Shown one piece after another: positions 27,917-37,414 of a DNA stretch of 64,000 nucleotides. The notes under the pieces were generated by a model. It ran no database searches. It was given only the letters and a program-made list of their open reading frames with translations, and was not told where the DNA came from. The stretch lies in assembly GCA_949067325.1 (NCBI GenBank), contig CARTDZ010000001.1, positions 4,266-68,265 of the forward strand, given 5' to 3'. This DNA comes from an uncultured Eubacteriales bacterium (GTDB taxonomy: Bacteria > Bacillota > Clostridia > Christensenellales > UBA1242). A program made the translations under genes and the position numbers. Each line of letters begins with the position of its first letter. The first letter of the stretch is position 1.

Positions 27917-29686
27917 ATGAAAATTGAAAAACAAATAGACCAGCAGCTTATAAACTCTCGTCACTCGCTCGCTCATGTGCTTGCAAAGGCAATTGTCGCA
28001 CTTTATCCAGAAGCAAAACTCACAATCGGCCCAGCGATAGACGATGGTTTTTATTATGATATCGATCTTGACCATTCAATCACTGCTGATGAATATCAAG
28101 CAATAGAAGACAAGATGAAAGAAATCATCAACAAGGGCGAAAATTTCACAAAGAAGGTCGTTTCAAAAGAAGAAGCACTTTCTCTTTTCAAAGGCAACGA
28201 ATATAAAACTGAGATAATCAACGAGCTTCCAGCAGGGGAAGAAGTTTCGCTTTACTATACTGGCGATGACTTTTTTGACCTTTGCCGCGGCCCTCATGTT
28301 GAAAGCACAAGAAGTCTTCAAAATTTTGGCTACAAAATTCACAGCGTAAATGGTGCGTATTGGCGTGGCAACGAAAAAAACAAAATGCTTCAACGCGTTT
28401 ATGTATATGCTTTCAAAACTAAGAAAGAACTCGCTGAATACATCGCAAAGGTGGAAGACGCAAGAAAGCGTGACCACAACAAACTTGGAAGAGAACTTGA
28501 AATTTTTACAACAGTAGACAGCATAGGTCAAGGCTTGCCAATTTTGCTTCCAAGAGGGGCAAGGATAATCCAAACTCTTCAAAGATTTGTCGAAGACGAA
28601 GAAGAAAAACGTGGCTGGCTTTTGACAAAAACTCCATTTATGGCAAAAAGTGATCTTTACAAAATTTCAGGCCACTGGGATCATTACAAAGATGGTATGT
28701 TTGTGCTTGGCGACGAGGCAAAAGATAAAGAGGTTTTTGCGCTGCGTCCAATGACGTGTCCATTTCAGTATCAAGCATATCTCAACAAAGCCCGTTCCTA
28801 CAAAGATCTTCCACTTCGCTACAACGAAACTTCAACACTTTTTCGCAATGAAGCAAGTGGTGAAATGCATGGCCTTATAAGAGTAAGACAATTTACAATT
28901 TCAGAAGGTCACCTCATATGCACACCTGAACAAATGGAAGAAGAATTTAAAAAATGTCTCGAACTTGCAATTTTTATGCTTAAAACCTTGGGATTGTATG
29001 AAGATAGCTCATATAGATTTTCGCAGTGGGACCCAAATAATAGAGAAAAATATGAAGGCACAAAAGAGCAGTGGGAAAAAGCTCAAGCCTCAATGCAAAA
29101 AATACTTGACCATCTGCAAGTTCCATATGAGATTGGCATAGGAGAAGCAGCTTTTTATGGCCCAAAACTTGACATACAAATCAAAAACGTTTTTGGCAAA
29201 GAAGACACTTTGATAACTATTCAAATAGACCAAATGTTGGCTGAAAAATTTGGCATGGAATACACAGACAAAGACGGCGAAAAGAAAACACCATATATCA
29301 TTCATAGAACAAGCCTTGGCTGCTATGAAAGAACACTTGCTTATCTTATCGAAAAGTATGCTGGTGCATTTCCTCTTTGGCTTGCGCCTGAGCAGGTGAG
29401 AGTTTTGACGCTTACTGATCGCTCAAACGCTTACGCTGAAAAAATAACTGCCTCACTTCAAGAAAAAGGCCTTCGTGCTGAGTGCGACACCAGAAATGAA
29501 AAGATTGGCTATAAAATAAGAGAAGCAATGAACATGAAACTTCCTTACCTTATCATAGTCGGTGACGAAGAAGAAAAGTCAAACACAATCTCAATTCGCG
29601 GACGCGGCTTTGAAAACAAGTCAGGCCTTAAGCTTGACGACTTTATCGCAAGACTTGAAGAAGAAATCAAAACAAAAAAGCGCTAG
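27917..29686 (+). CDS. thrS: threonine--tRNA ligase (no N-terminal TGS domain)
   Basis: The protein starts directly at the editing domain (RHSLAHVLAKA...GPAIDDGFYYD). Class II motifs and the anticodon-binding domain are present. 589 aa. Confidence 0.95.
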   Translation: MKIEKQIDQQLINSRHSLAHVLAKAIVALYPEAKLTIGPAIDDGFYYDIDLDHSITADEYQAIEDKMKEIINKGENFTKKVVSKEEALSLFKGNEYKTEIINELPAGEEVSLYYTGDDFFDLCRGPHVESTRSLQNFGYKIHSVNGAYWRGNEKNKMLQRVYVYAFKTKKELAEYIAKVEDARKRDHNKLGRELEIFTTVDSIGQGLPILLPRGARIIQTLQRFVEDEEEKRGWLLTKTPFMAKSDLYKISGHWDHYKDGMFVLGDEAKDKEVFALRPMTCPFQYQAYLNKARSYKDLPLRYNETSTLFRNEASGEMHGLIRVRQFTISEGHLICTPEQMEEEFKKCLELAIFMLKTLGLYEDSSYRFSQWDPNNREKYEGTKEQWEKAQASMQKILDHLQVPYEIGIGEAAFYGPKLDIQIKNVFGKEDTLITIQIDQMLAEKFGMEYTDKDGEKKTPYIIHRTSLGCYERTLAYLIEKYAGAFPLWLAPEQVRVLTLTDRSNAYAEKITASLQEKGLRAECDTRNEKIGYKIREAMNMKLPYLIIVGDEEEKSNTISIRGRGFENKSGLKLDDFIARLEEEIKTKKR

Positions 29687-29837
29687 GCTCGCACTAAACA
29701 ACAAACGTCTATTTCTTTTCACTTAACAAAAAATTGTCAAATTTTGGCGAAATAGTTTTAAAATAAACAATAAATTTGTATTTAAGCAATCAAATCGTTT
29801 TGAAAAGATAGAAAATTATGTTAGACTTGGAGGTGAA

Positions 29838-29912
29838 ATGGCAAATACAATTCTGCTTGCAATTGCAGCCATATTCTTTACATTCATTTTTGTGTTTATA
29901 TTAAAAAAATAG
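29838..29912 (+). CDS. candidate 24-aa hydrophobic micro-protein
   Basis: GGAGGTGAA RBS followed by ATG. The product is MANTILLAIAAIFFTFIFVFILKK. It ends 15 nt before yajC. Speculative. Confidence 0.25.
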   Translation: MANTILLAIAAIFFTFIFVFILKK

Positions 29913-29927
29913 GGAGGTTTAAAAAAA

Positions 29928-30386
29928 ATGGGAGTAACTCAAATCATTTTAATAGTTTTGGTTTTGCTTTTGATGATTGCATATCCAATACTCGTTACTG
30001 CAAGAAACAAAAAAGAAAATCAAAAACTTACAGAGCAAACAAATTCAATCAAAAGGGGCGACAAGGTTCTCACTACCGCTGGCGTTTATGGCACAGTTGT
30101 AGATCTTCAACTTGAAAACGACAAAAAAATCGTAACAATTGAAACAGGCACAGCCAACAAAAAGGGCTATATTTCAGTTGACGCTTATGCAATTTACACA
30201 ATTTTTAAGGACGAACAATCACAGCCTCAAGCAACTGCAAAAGAAGAGCCAAAGGCTGAAGAAAAAAAAGAAAGCAAAATTGAAACAAACAATGAAACAA
30301 AACTTGATGAAATTTTGCCAGCAGCAGACACAACTTCTGACATTGAAGCTCAAGTAAGCGGCAAAAAAAACACGCTCAAAAAATAA
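29928..30386 (+). CDS. yajC: preprotein translocase subunit YajC with a long C-terminal extension
   Basis: One TM followed by RGDKVLTTAGVYGTVVDL, the YajC core. The acidic/basic tail is about 60 aa. Confidence 0.8.
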   Translation: MGVTQIILIVLVLLLMIAYPILVTARNKKENQKLTEQTNSIKRGDKVLTTAGVYGTVVDLQLENDKKIVTIETGTANKKGYISVDAYAIYTIFKDEQSQPQATAKEEPKAEEKKESKIETNNETKLDEILPAADTTSDIEAQVSGKKNTLKK

Positions 30387-30395
30387 GTAAAAAAA

Positions 30396-30420
30396 GAGGT
30401 GACCAATGGTCACTTTTTTT
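30396..30420 (+). terminator. rho-independent terminator after yajC
   Basis: GGTGACC/GGTCAC stem with an AAT loop, followed by T7. Confidence 0.65.
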
Positions 30421-30475
30421 CATATTTTGTCTTTTCTTCACATATTTGTAGTTATTGAAAGCGGAGGCAAAAGTT

Positions 30476-30919
30476 ATGAAAGCTAAAGTAAAAAAAGCCA
30501 AAATAAAATCTGTAAAAAAAGAAAAAGCTTCTTCAAACGGCACAGCAAAACTCATCTCGTCAATTGTTAAGGGCAGTTTGATAGCACTTTGCTTTACCTT
30601 GGTAGGAATTTTGATTTTTGCTTTTGTGCTAAAATTTACCAATATTCCAGAAAGTGTTATCTCACCAGTAAATCAGGTTATAAAAGGCGTAAGCGTCTTT
30701 ATGGGCGTATTTTTAGGCCTCAAAAAAACAAAAGAAATGGGGCTTGTTCGCGGCCTTTTGATAGGTTTTATTTATACTCTTGTGGCATTTTTGACTTTCA
30801 GTATTTTAAATGGCAGCTTCGCGTTTGATAAACGCCTCCTAAATGACACCTTGTTTGGCAGTGTTATGGGTGCGATTTGTGGCATAATTTGTGTAAATAT
30901 CAAAAAAACTTCAAACTAA
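30476..30919 (+). CDS. membrane protein, TIGR04086/YrzE-like
   Basis: ATG at 30476 lies 8 nt after GGAGG. A Lys-rich N-terminus is followed by 4 TM segments. Its position next to secDF matches yrzE-type genes. The family call is tentative. Confidence 0.5.
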   Translation: MKAKVKKAKIKSVKKEKASSNGTAKLISSIVKGSLIALCFTLVGILIFAFVLKFTNIPESVISPVNQVIKGVSVFMGVFLGLKKTKEMGLVRGLLIGFIYTLVAFLTFSILNGSFAFDKRLLNDTLFGSVMGAICGIICVNIKKTSN

Positions 30920-31071
30920 ATAGAAAAATCAATTGACAATTCTCCTAAAAAAAACTAAAATATTTCTTGAATGTTTCTTTGCCCTAAAAAAATAAAAAAA
31001 TATTTATACTTTTACTATTTTAGGCAATAATTCAACTGAAATATTTTTAAAACGTTTTAAAGGGGAATTTA

Positions 31072-32457
31072 ATGGCTAAAAAGCGTTCAATAATAAAATT
31101 TGTAATCGTGGCTATTTTGGCGGCTATTGGCATTGTTTTATGCTGTGGCCCAATTCCAATCGCAGGCACAGATTATGTTTACAACGGCTTTGCAAATTCA
31201 ATTTCGCTTGGGCTTGATCTCTCAGGCGGACTTTCTGTTGTCTATGATTGTGAGGCCACCAAACAAGGCACTGACCTAAACACTGCAATCGACGCGACAG
31301 TGAACAGACTTTCAGACATACTTTACTCAGAAGGTTACAGCGAGGCCACAGTCAAAAGACAAGGCTCAAACCGCATAAGAATTGAAGTGCCATCAGCCAA
31401 AGAAAGCGATGATATTTTCACATTCCTAGAAAATCCTCGTGAACTTACAATGACCCTTACAAAAGGTGAGGTGAGCGAAGAAAACATCACAGGCGACGAT
31501 ATCACTGAAGTTTTTGCAAGCTACAACTCTCAAGACCACCAGTATGGCGTAACTATTCGCTTTACAAACGAAGGAGCTTCAAAGTTTGCATCGCTTACAA
31601 AAAAAGCTTCAACATCAACTAGCAAAAATATTTATATTTACTTGGGTGAAGTTCAAGGTGAGCCTTGGAACACTCTCACTTGTGAAAATGAAATAAGAGA
31701 CGGCGCAACATTTATCTCAGGCGGCTCGCTCAATTCACAAAAAGCGGCAGAAGAATACGCCTTTTCAATTATGTCAGGCACTTTCAATGTCAAACTTACG
31801 CTTGTTGAAAACAGTGTCATTTCAGCAACGCTTGGCCGCAATGCTCTCACTCTTGGTCTCATCGCAGGTGCAGTTGCACTTCTTCTCGTTATGATTATCA
31901 TGGCATGGCGCTATGGCCTTTTTGGCGTGCTTGCTGATTTCGCACTTGTTATCTACATGATTTTGATGCTCTTCTTCCTTCAAGCAATACCATTTGTTCA
32001 ACTTACTCTGCCAGGTATTGCAGGTATAATCCTTTCACTTGGCATGGCCGTTGATGGCAATGTTATCATCTTTGAACGTATAAGAGAAGAATATGCTTCA
32101 GGCAAAAAAATACCTTTTGCAGTAAAATCAGGCTTCAAAAAAGCATTCTGGCCTATTTTTGACTCAAACCTTACCACAATTGTGACTTCAATCATTCTCT
32201 ACATCTTAGGCACAGCTGCAATCAAAGGCTTTGCAATCACTTTGCTTCTAGGCATACTCCTTTCAATGTTTACAACTCTTGTGGTGACAAGATTTTTGGT
32301 TAAATGGTATCTGCCACTCAACAGCACCAATCCAAAACCAGTTCGCCTTTATCGCAAAGAGGGCGTAGAGGTGGTTGATGAGCCTGCCAGCGTAGAAATC
32401 CTTTCAACGCAAGAAGAAAATACAACTCCTGAAAACTTGACAGGAGGTGAGGCATAA
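31072..32457 (+). CDS. secD: protein translocase subunit SecD
   Basis: N-terminal TM, a periplasmic-type domain, and a C-terminal 5-TM block (LPGIAGIILSLGMAVDGNVIIFERIREE). Confidence 0.9.
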   Translation: MAKKRSIIKFVIVAILAAIGIVLCCGPIPIAGTDYVYNGFANSISLGLDLSGGLSVVYDCEATKQGTDLNTAIDATVNRLSDILYSEGYSEATVKRQGSNRIRIEVPSAKESDDIFTFLENPRELTMTLTKGEVSEENITGDDITEVFASYNSQDHQYGVTIRFTNEGASKFASLTKKASTSTSKNIYIYLGEVQGEPWNTLTCENEIRDGATFISGGSLNSQKAAEEYAFSIMSGTFNVKLTLVENSVISATLGRNALTLGLIAGAVALLLVMIIMAWRYGLFGVLADFALVIYMILMLFFLQAIPFVQLTLPGIAGIILSLGMAVDGNVIIFERIREEYASGKKIPFAVKSGFKKAFWPIFDSNLTTIVTSIILYILGTAAIKGFAITLLLGILLSMFTTLVVTRFLVKWYLPLNSTNPKPVRLYRKEGVEVVDEPASVEILSTQEENTTPENLTGGEA

Positions 32458-33512
32458 TGAAAAACTATAAAAAATCAAAGTTTTCAGTTGATGGACTTAT
32501 CGAAAATTCAAAATTCAACTATTGCAAAAATCTAAAATGGTTTTTGATAGCTCCGCTCGTGATTATTCTCGTGGGCATAATTCTGCTTTCGACAGTGGGC
32601 TTCAATCTTGGTATAGATTTCACAGGCGGCTCAATCATAACAGTTTACGCAAATGACGAGGGGATAATAACCGACGCAAAAGTTTACGACATCTCAAAAA
32701 ATGACCAGTATGAAGAGATGAAAAACCGAATTGCAAAGGTGTTTGCGCAAGAACAATTCAATGGCATAAGCGTTGATATTTATAGAACATCTTCTATGAA
32801 TATCTCAAATCTTGTAAAAGAAGGCAAGGCAATTCAAATTCAATATCAAAACAGAGATGGCGAAGATGGAAGCCAAATCGCTGCCACAAACAAACTTATT
32901 CGTGAGGCACTTCAACAAGAATTTGGCTATACAACCTTTGATTATGAAGCTGCAGTTTCATCACCAGAAGTTGTAACACCAACCGCTAGCGGCGAGCTTC
33001 TTATGAACGCCTTTATCGCAATGATAGTTGCCATCGCTTTCATTCTCATTTATGTGGCCTTCCGCTTTGAAATCACAAGCGGCCTTGCAGCAATCCTTGC
33101 ACTTTTCCATGACCTCATGATCATGACAAGCCTTGTTCTTATCTTCAGAATTGAAATCAACAGCTCATTCGTAGCCGCACTTGTCACAATTCTCGGCTAT
33201 TCAATCAACAACACAATCGTCATCTTTGATCGCATACGTGAAAATGTAAAGTCTGGCAAATTTGTCAAAGCAAACAATATGACGCTTGCAAACGCTTCTG
33301 TAAAAGAAACTATGACCCGATCATTCTACACAACTCTCACCACTGTTATCACAATCGCAATGGTGGCAATAATCGGCGTAAATGATATTCGTGAGTTTGC
33401 TCTTCCAATTCTCTTTGGTATAATCGCAGGCTTCTATTCTTCAGTGTTTATAACTCCGGGCCTTTGGTCAATAGCCTACAAACCAAAAAAGAAAAAAGCG
33501 GCAAAAGCGTAA
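32457..33512 (+). CDS. secF: protein translocase subunit SecF
   Basis: GIDFTGGS and LGYSINNTIVIFDRIREN motifs. Its start overlaps the secD stop. Confidence 0.9.
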   Translation: MKNYKKSKFSVDGLIENSKFNYCKNLKWFLIAPLVIILVGIILLSTVGFNLGIDFTGGSIITVYANDEGIITDAKVYDISKNDQYEEMKNRIAKVFAQEQFNGISVDIYRTSSMNISNLVKEGKAIQIQYQNRDGEDGSQIAATNKLIREALQQEFGYTTFDYEAAVSSPEVVTPTASGELLMNAFIAMIVAIAFILIYVAFRFEITSGLAAILALFHDLMIMTSLVLIFRIEINSSFVAALVTILGYSINNTIVIFDRIRENVKSGKFVKANNMTLANASVKETMTRSFYTTLTTVITIAMVAIIGVNDIREFALPILFGIIAGFYSSVFITPGLWSIAYKPKKKKAAKA

Positions 33513-33532
33513 ATAAACCGATCAAACAAATT

Positions 33533-33565
33533 AAAAAATCATGACGCAAATTGTCATGATTTTTT
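33533..33565. terminator. bidirectional terminator between secF and the ABC exporter
   Basis: ATCATGAC/GTCATGAT 8-bp stem flanked by A6 and T5. Confidence 0.7.
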
Positions 33566-33580
33566 GTTTTTTTTCAAAAG

Positions 33581-35335
33581 TTAAATATCTTCATTTTTAT
33601 ATAAATTTTTGTATTCTGTGCAGCTTTGCATAAGTTTTTTGTGTTTCCCTTCAGCATAAACTTCGCCATCTTTTATGAAAATAATATTGTCAGCGTCTTG
33701 TATGGTTGACAATCTGTGAGCCACAATGACAATTGTCTTTTCGCCACCAAGAGAGGAAATAACACTTTTGATCTTTGTCTGATTTTCGTTGTCAAGGCTG
33801 CTTGTTGCTTCGTCAAAAAGCAGGATAGGGGTGTTTCTTAAGAGAGCTCTAGCGATGGCAAGCCTTTGTTTTTGTCCGCCAGAAAGAACAATTCCATTTT
33901 CGCCCAAAATTGTATCATAACCTTTTTCTTGCTCAACAATAAAATCATGAAGTTGTGCCTTTTTGCATGCCTCAACAATTTCTTCGTCACTCGCTTCAGG
34001 TTTTACAAGCCTTAAGTTTTCTTTAAAAGAAAAGTTGAAAATGTATGGCTCTTGCGGAACAATTGAAATATTGTTTCTTATGCTGTCTTTGTCAAGTGTT
34101 GAAAGCTCTTTGCCGCCAATATATATTCCGCCGCCACTGATTTCATAAAGTTTTGATATGAGCTTGATTATTGTGCTTTTGCCGCCACCACTTTCGCCAA
34201 CAATACCAACGGTGGAGTTTGGTTTGATTTTAAATGAAACCTTTTTCAAAACTTCCTTGCCTTCATTGTATGAAAATTCAACATCTTTAAATTCAATTTC
34301 TTTTGCCGAAGTTGTGTCCAAAACTTCATCACCAAAACTTTCAAAACCAAATTTAAATCCATTTAAGATTTTGTTTATTCGCTCAGCTGACAGCTCTGCA
34401 TTTTTCAAAATTTCTTTTATATTGATGACCCAGTACAACAACCTCGTTACACTGCCTTTAAACATATACATGGTCAATGCTCCGACAGGGTCAATATTTT
34501 CAATTTTGATTAAAACAATTATTAAAATTATAAACACAAAATCCAATAAATGGCTAAGCCACGTTTCTCCACTTCTTATAAAATAAGAATTTCTAAAAGT
34601 TCTGATTTTATAATTTTTTAAGTCGGCTTGAATTTCATCAGTTTTTTGCAGCAAACCTTCTTCCATGTTCAAAACTCTCACATCTCGCACGCCTCTGACA
34701 AGTTCGCTGACCGTAGAAATCTGTTTGTCTTGTTTCTCTTTGATGGTTCTTTGTCGTTTATAGTTGTATTTTATTCTAAAATGTTTGACAACATACATAA
34801 TCACTATTTCAGCAACAATAAAAAGTGCTAGCCAAATATTTAATGTAAAAACATAGACCAAAAAACCGATTTTTGCAAAAATCAAAGTTAAACTATCGGT
34901 AAGTTGAGAGAAAGAGTTGACAACAGCATTCATATCGTTGTTGATTGTCTGAATAAAAGTGCCACTATTGGCAGTGTCAAAGTTTTTGGTTTTGAGTTTC
35001 ATTGTCTTTTCGTTTAATTTATGAAACATATTAGCCGCAATATTTTGAGTGATTTTTTGAAAAACCAATCCCCAGCTTAAAAGATAAAATAATTCTTGCA
35101 AAAAATATGCACCAAACAAAAATAAAGCAGTCCAAAAAAGCGAATGTTCGTTAAATATAGAGATAGAATTGACAATTTTGGCAGAAAGCATAGGGAAAAG
35201 TATACCTAAACCGCTGGCACAAAGTGACAAAACAGCTACGTAAACAAAACCCCATTTATATGGCCCAATAAACTTTCTCATACTCCACAAATTTTTGTAG
35301 CCATTGTTGACTTTTTTATTATCTTCTTTGTTCAA
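33581..35335 (-). CDS. ABC exporter, fused permease/ATPase (MsbA/type I exporter-like)
   Basis: A 6-TM domain followed by Walker A GESGGGKST, LSGGQKQR and Walker B LLFDEATSSLD. TTG start with an AAGGAG RBS. Confidence 0.85.
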   Translation of the reverse strand: MNKEDNKKVNNGYKNLWSMRKFIGPYKWGFVYVAVLSLCASGLGILFPMLSAKIVNSISIFNEHSLFWTALFLFGAYFLQELFYLLSWGLVFQKITQNIAANMFHKLNEKTMKLKTKNFDTANSGTFIQTINNDMNAVVNSFSQLTDSLTLIFAKIGFLVYVFTLNIWLALFIVAEIVIMYVVKHFRIKYNYKRQRTIKEKQDKQISTVSELVRGVRDVRVLNMEEGLLQKTDEIQADLKNYKIRTFRNSYFIRSGETWLSHLLDFVFIILIIVLIKIENIDPVGALTMYMFKGSVTRLLYWVINIKEILKNAELSAERINKILNGFKFGFESFGDEVLDTTSAKEIEFKDVEFSYNEGKEVLKKVSFKIKPNSTVGIVGESGGGKSTIIKLISKLYEISGGGIYIGGKELSTLDKDSIRNNISIVPQEPYIFNFSFKENLRLVKPEASDEEIVEACKKAQLHDFIVEQEKGYDTILGENGIVLSGGQKQRLAIARALLRNTPILLFDEATSSLDNENQTKIKSVISSLGGEKTIVIVAHRLSTIQDADNIIFIKDGEVYAEGKHKKLMQSCTEYKNLYKNEDI

Positions 35336-35434
35336 AATTTTCTCCTTGTCTTCACGTGCTTTTATTTTAACATATATTTATACGCAATTCAATAAAAAAA
35401 CCAAAATTTTGCCAACTTTATTTTTTAAATTTGC

Positions 35435-35463
35435 TTGATTATTTTTTATATACATGCTATAAT
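35435..35463 (+). promoter_or_regulatory. extended -10 promoter of rpsB-tsf
   Basis: TTGATT(35435-35440), 17-bp spacer, TGcTATAAT(35455-35463). Confidence 0.55.
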
Positions 35464-35469
35464 ACTAAA

Positions 35470-35639
35470 GTCATTGAAGACAAATTTGCACTCTCGTCAA
35501 ATTCAAAGGCCGTTGCCAAAAACGCTAAGCCGGCAAAAACGATACCGCTAGCTTAGAAAAAAGAGGATTTCTCTTGTGGTTGCCTTTGGAGCAAAGAAAG
35601 GCGAGGGGAAGGACAAAAACAAAAAGGAGGAAAAACAAA
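35470..35639 (+). promoter_or_regulatory. long structured 5' leader of rpsB (candidate r-protein autoregulatory leader)
   Basis: This ~170-nt UTR is locally GC-richer than its surroundings. It contains the hairpins CTAAGCCGG...CCG(cta)GCTTAG, AGAG-gattt-CTCT and GCCTTT-ggagcaaag-AAAGGC. Confidence 0.3.
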
Positions 35640-36545
35640 ATGTCAGTTATCTCAATGAAACAACTTTTAGAGGCAGGTGTTCACTTTGGTCACCAAACTA
35701 GAAAGTGGAACCCTAAGATGAAAAAATATATCTTCACTGCAAGAAATGATATTCACATCATCAACCTCGAAGACACTTCTGTGCAAGTAGACAAAGCATA
35801 CTCTTTTGTACGCGACGTCATTGCAACAGGCAAAAACATTCTCTTTGTCGGCACAAAAAAGCAGGCACAAGAGGCTGTAAAAGAAGAGGCAGAACGCTGC
35901 GGAATGTTCTACATCAACACTCGTTGGCTTGGTGGCTGCCTTACAAACTTCAAGACAATCAAGTCTAGAATTGAACGTCTTAACAAACTCAACCAAATGG
36001 AAAAGGTTGGCGAGTTTGACCTTCTTCCAAAAAAGGAAGTTACTCTTCTTAAGGCAGAACGCGACAAACTTGAGAAAAACCTTGGCGGTATCAAAGAAAT
36101 GAGAGACCTTCCAGGCGTGGTTTTTGTGGTTGACCCAACTTGTGAACATATTTGCGTTCATGAATGTAAGGTGCTTGGCATACCAATGGTTGGCCTTGTA
36201 GACACAAACGGCAACCCAGACGGTATCGACTGCGTAATTCCAGGAAACGACGACGCAATCAGATCAGTTAAGCTCATCGCTTCAGCAATCGCAGACGCAG
36301 TTATCGAAGCAAGAGAAGGCGTTTCTATGAAGAAAGAAGAAGCGGCTGAAGAGGAAGAAATCGACATCGAAAAAGCACTTGCTGAAACAAAACCAAACCT
36401 TGAAATCGCAGAAGCAGGCGAAGAAAAACGCAAAAAGACTGCAAGAAAAAAGCCAGCTCCAAAAAAGAAAGCTGAACCAAAAGCTGAAGCTAAAACTGAA
36501 AACAAAGCAGAAGCAAAAGAAGCAGCTCTTCAAGAAAACAAATAA
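35640..36545 (+). CDS. rpsB: 30S ribosomal protein S2 with a ~70-aa K/E/A-rich C-terminal tail
   Basis: [30 protein letters not shown] at 35640 follows AAAGGAGG (the ORF track starts at 35574). Confidence 0.95.
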   Translation: MSVISMKQLLEAGVHFGHQTRKWNPKMKKYIFTARNDIHIINLEDTSVQVDKAYSFVRDVIATGKNILFVGTKKQAQEAVKEEAERCGMFYINTRWLGGCLTNFKTIKSRIERLNKLNQMEKVGEFDLLPKKEVTLLKAERDKLEKNLGGIKEMRDLPGVVFVVDPTCEHICVHECKVLGIPMVGLVDTNGNPDGIDCVIPGNDDAIRSVKLIASAIADAVIEAREGVSMKKEEAAEEEEIDIEKALAETKPNLEIAEAGEEKRKKTARKKPAPKKKAEPKAEAKTENKAEAKEAALQENK

Positions 36546-36595
36546 TCAAAATTGATTTATAAAATAATTAAATTGAATAATAAAGGAGAATTATT

Positions 36596-37252
36596 ATGAG
36601 TTTCACAGCAAAAGACGTTGCAGAACTTAGAGCAAGAACAAACGCAGGCATGATGGACTGCAAAAAAGCACTCACTGAATGTGATGGCGACTTTGAAAAA
36701 GCAGCACTTTGGCTTCGCGAAAAAGGCATCGCTGCAGCAGCAAAAAAACAATCAAGAATTGCCTCTGAAGGTATCGTTACATCTTATATCCACATGGGAG
36801 GTAAGATTGGCGTTCTTGTAGAAATCAACTGCGAAACAGACTTCGTTGCAAAAACAGATGCTTTCGTTCAACTTGGCAAGGATATTGCTATGCAAATTGC
36901 AGCAGCAAACCCAAAATATGTCAGAATTGAAGAAGTGCCAGCTGAAGACGTTGAAAAAGAAAAAGAAGTACTTCGCGTTCAAGCCGCAAACGAAGGAAAA
37001 CCAGCTCAAATCATCGAAAAAATGGTTGAAGGAAGAGTTAAAAAGTTCTATCAAGACGTTTGCCTTATGGAACAAACTTATGTAAAAGACCAAAGCATGA
37101 CTATTTCTCAATACATCAACGAAATGATCTTGAAAATTGGCGAAAAAATCACAGTTCGTCGTTTCACTCGTTACGAAATGGGTGAAGGCCTTGAAAAAAG
37201 ACATGACGACCTTGCAGCTGAAGTTGAAAAACAAATGAAGGGCAACAACTAA
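36596..37252 (+). CDS. tsf: elongation factor Ts (short form)
   Basis: [23 protein letters not shown]...LREKG. Confidence 0.95.
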   Translation: MSFTAKDVAELRARTNAGMMDCKKALTECDGDFEKAALWLREKGIAAAAKKQSRIASEGIVTSYIHMGGKIGVLVEINCETDFVAKTDAFVQLGKDIAMQIAAANPKYVRIEEVPAEDVEKEKEVLRVQAANEGKPAQIIEKMVEGRVKKFYQDVCLMEQTYVKDQSMTISQYINEMILKIGEKITVRRFTRYEMGEGLEKRHDDLAAEVEKQMKGNN

Positions 37253-37350
37253 TTTGCCCAAACTATTGTGGTTTGACAACAAAAGCAAAAAAAATGTTTA
37301 ACAAATTGATAAAAAAGTCGGGGTTTTCTCCGTCTTTTTTCTTTTGACTA

Positions 37351-37379
37351 TTGACAAAATGATGTATATAATATATAAT
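37351..37379 (+). promoter_or_regulatory. perfect consensus sigma-A promoter of the 950-aa ORF
   Basis: TTGACA(37351-37356), 17-bp spacer, TATAAT(37374-37379). A second TTGACT lies at 37344. Confidence 0.6.
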
Positions 37380-37414
37380 TTTAAAGAAATAATTATATAC
37401 TTTTGGAGGAATAA

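Noticed and set aside
35574-35639. Longer ORF-track starts for rpsB (35574), uppS (40949), cdsA (41647), spoIIIAE (57261), spoIIIAF (58610), frr (40411), ruvX (24307) and rimP (46015).
   Set aside because: The extensions overlap upstream genes or promoters and lack an SD. The internal starts have good SDs and reproduce the conserved family N-termini.
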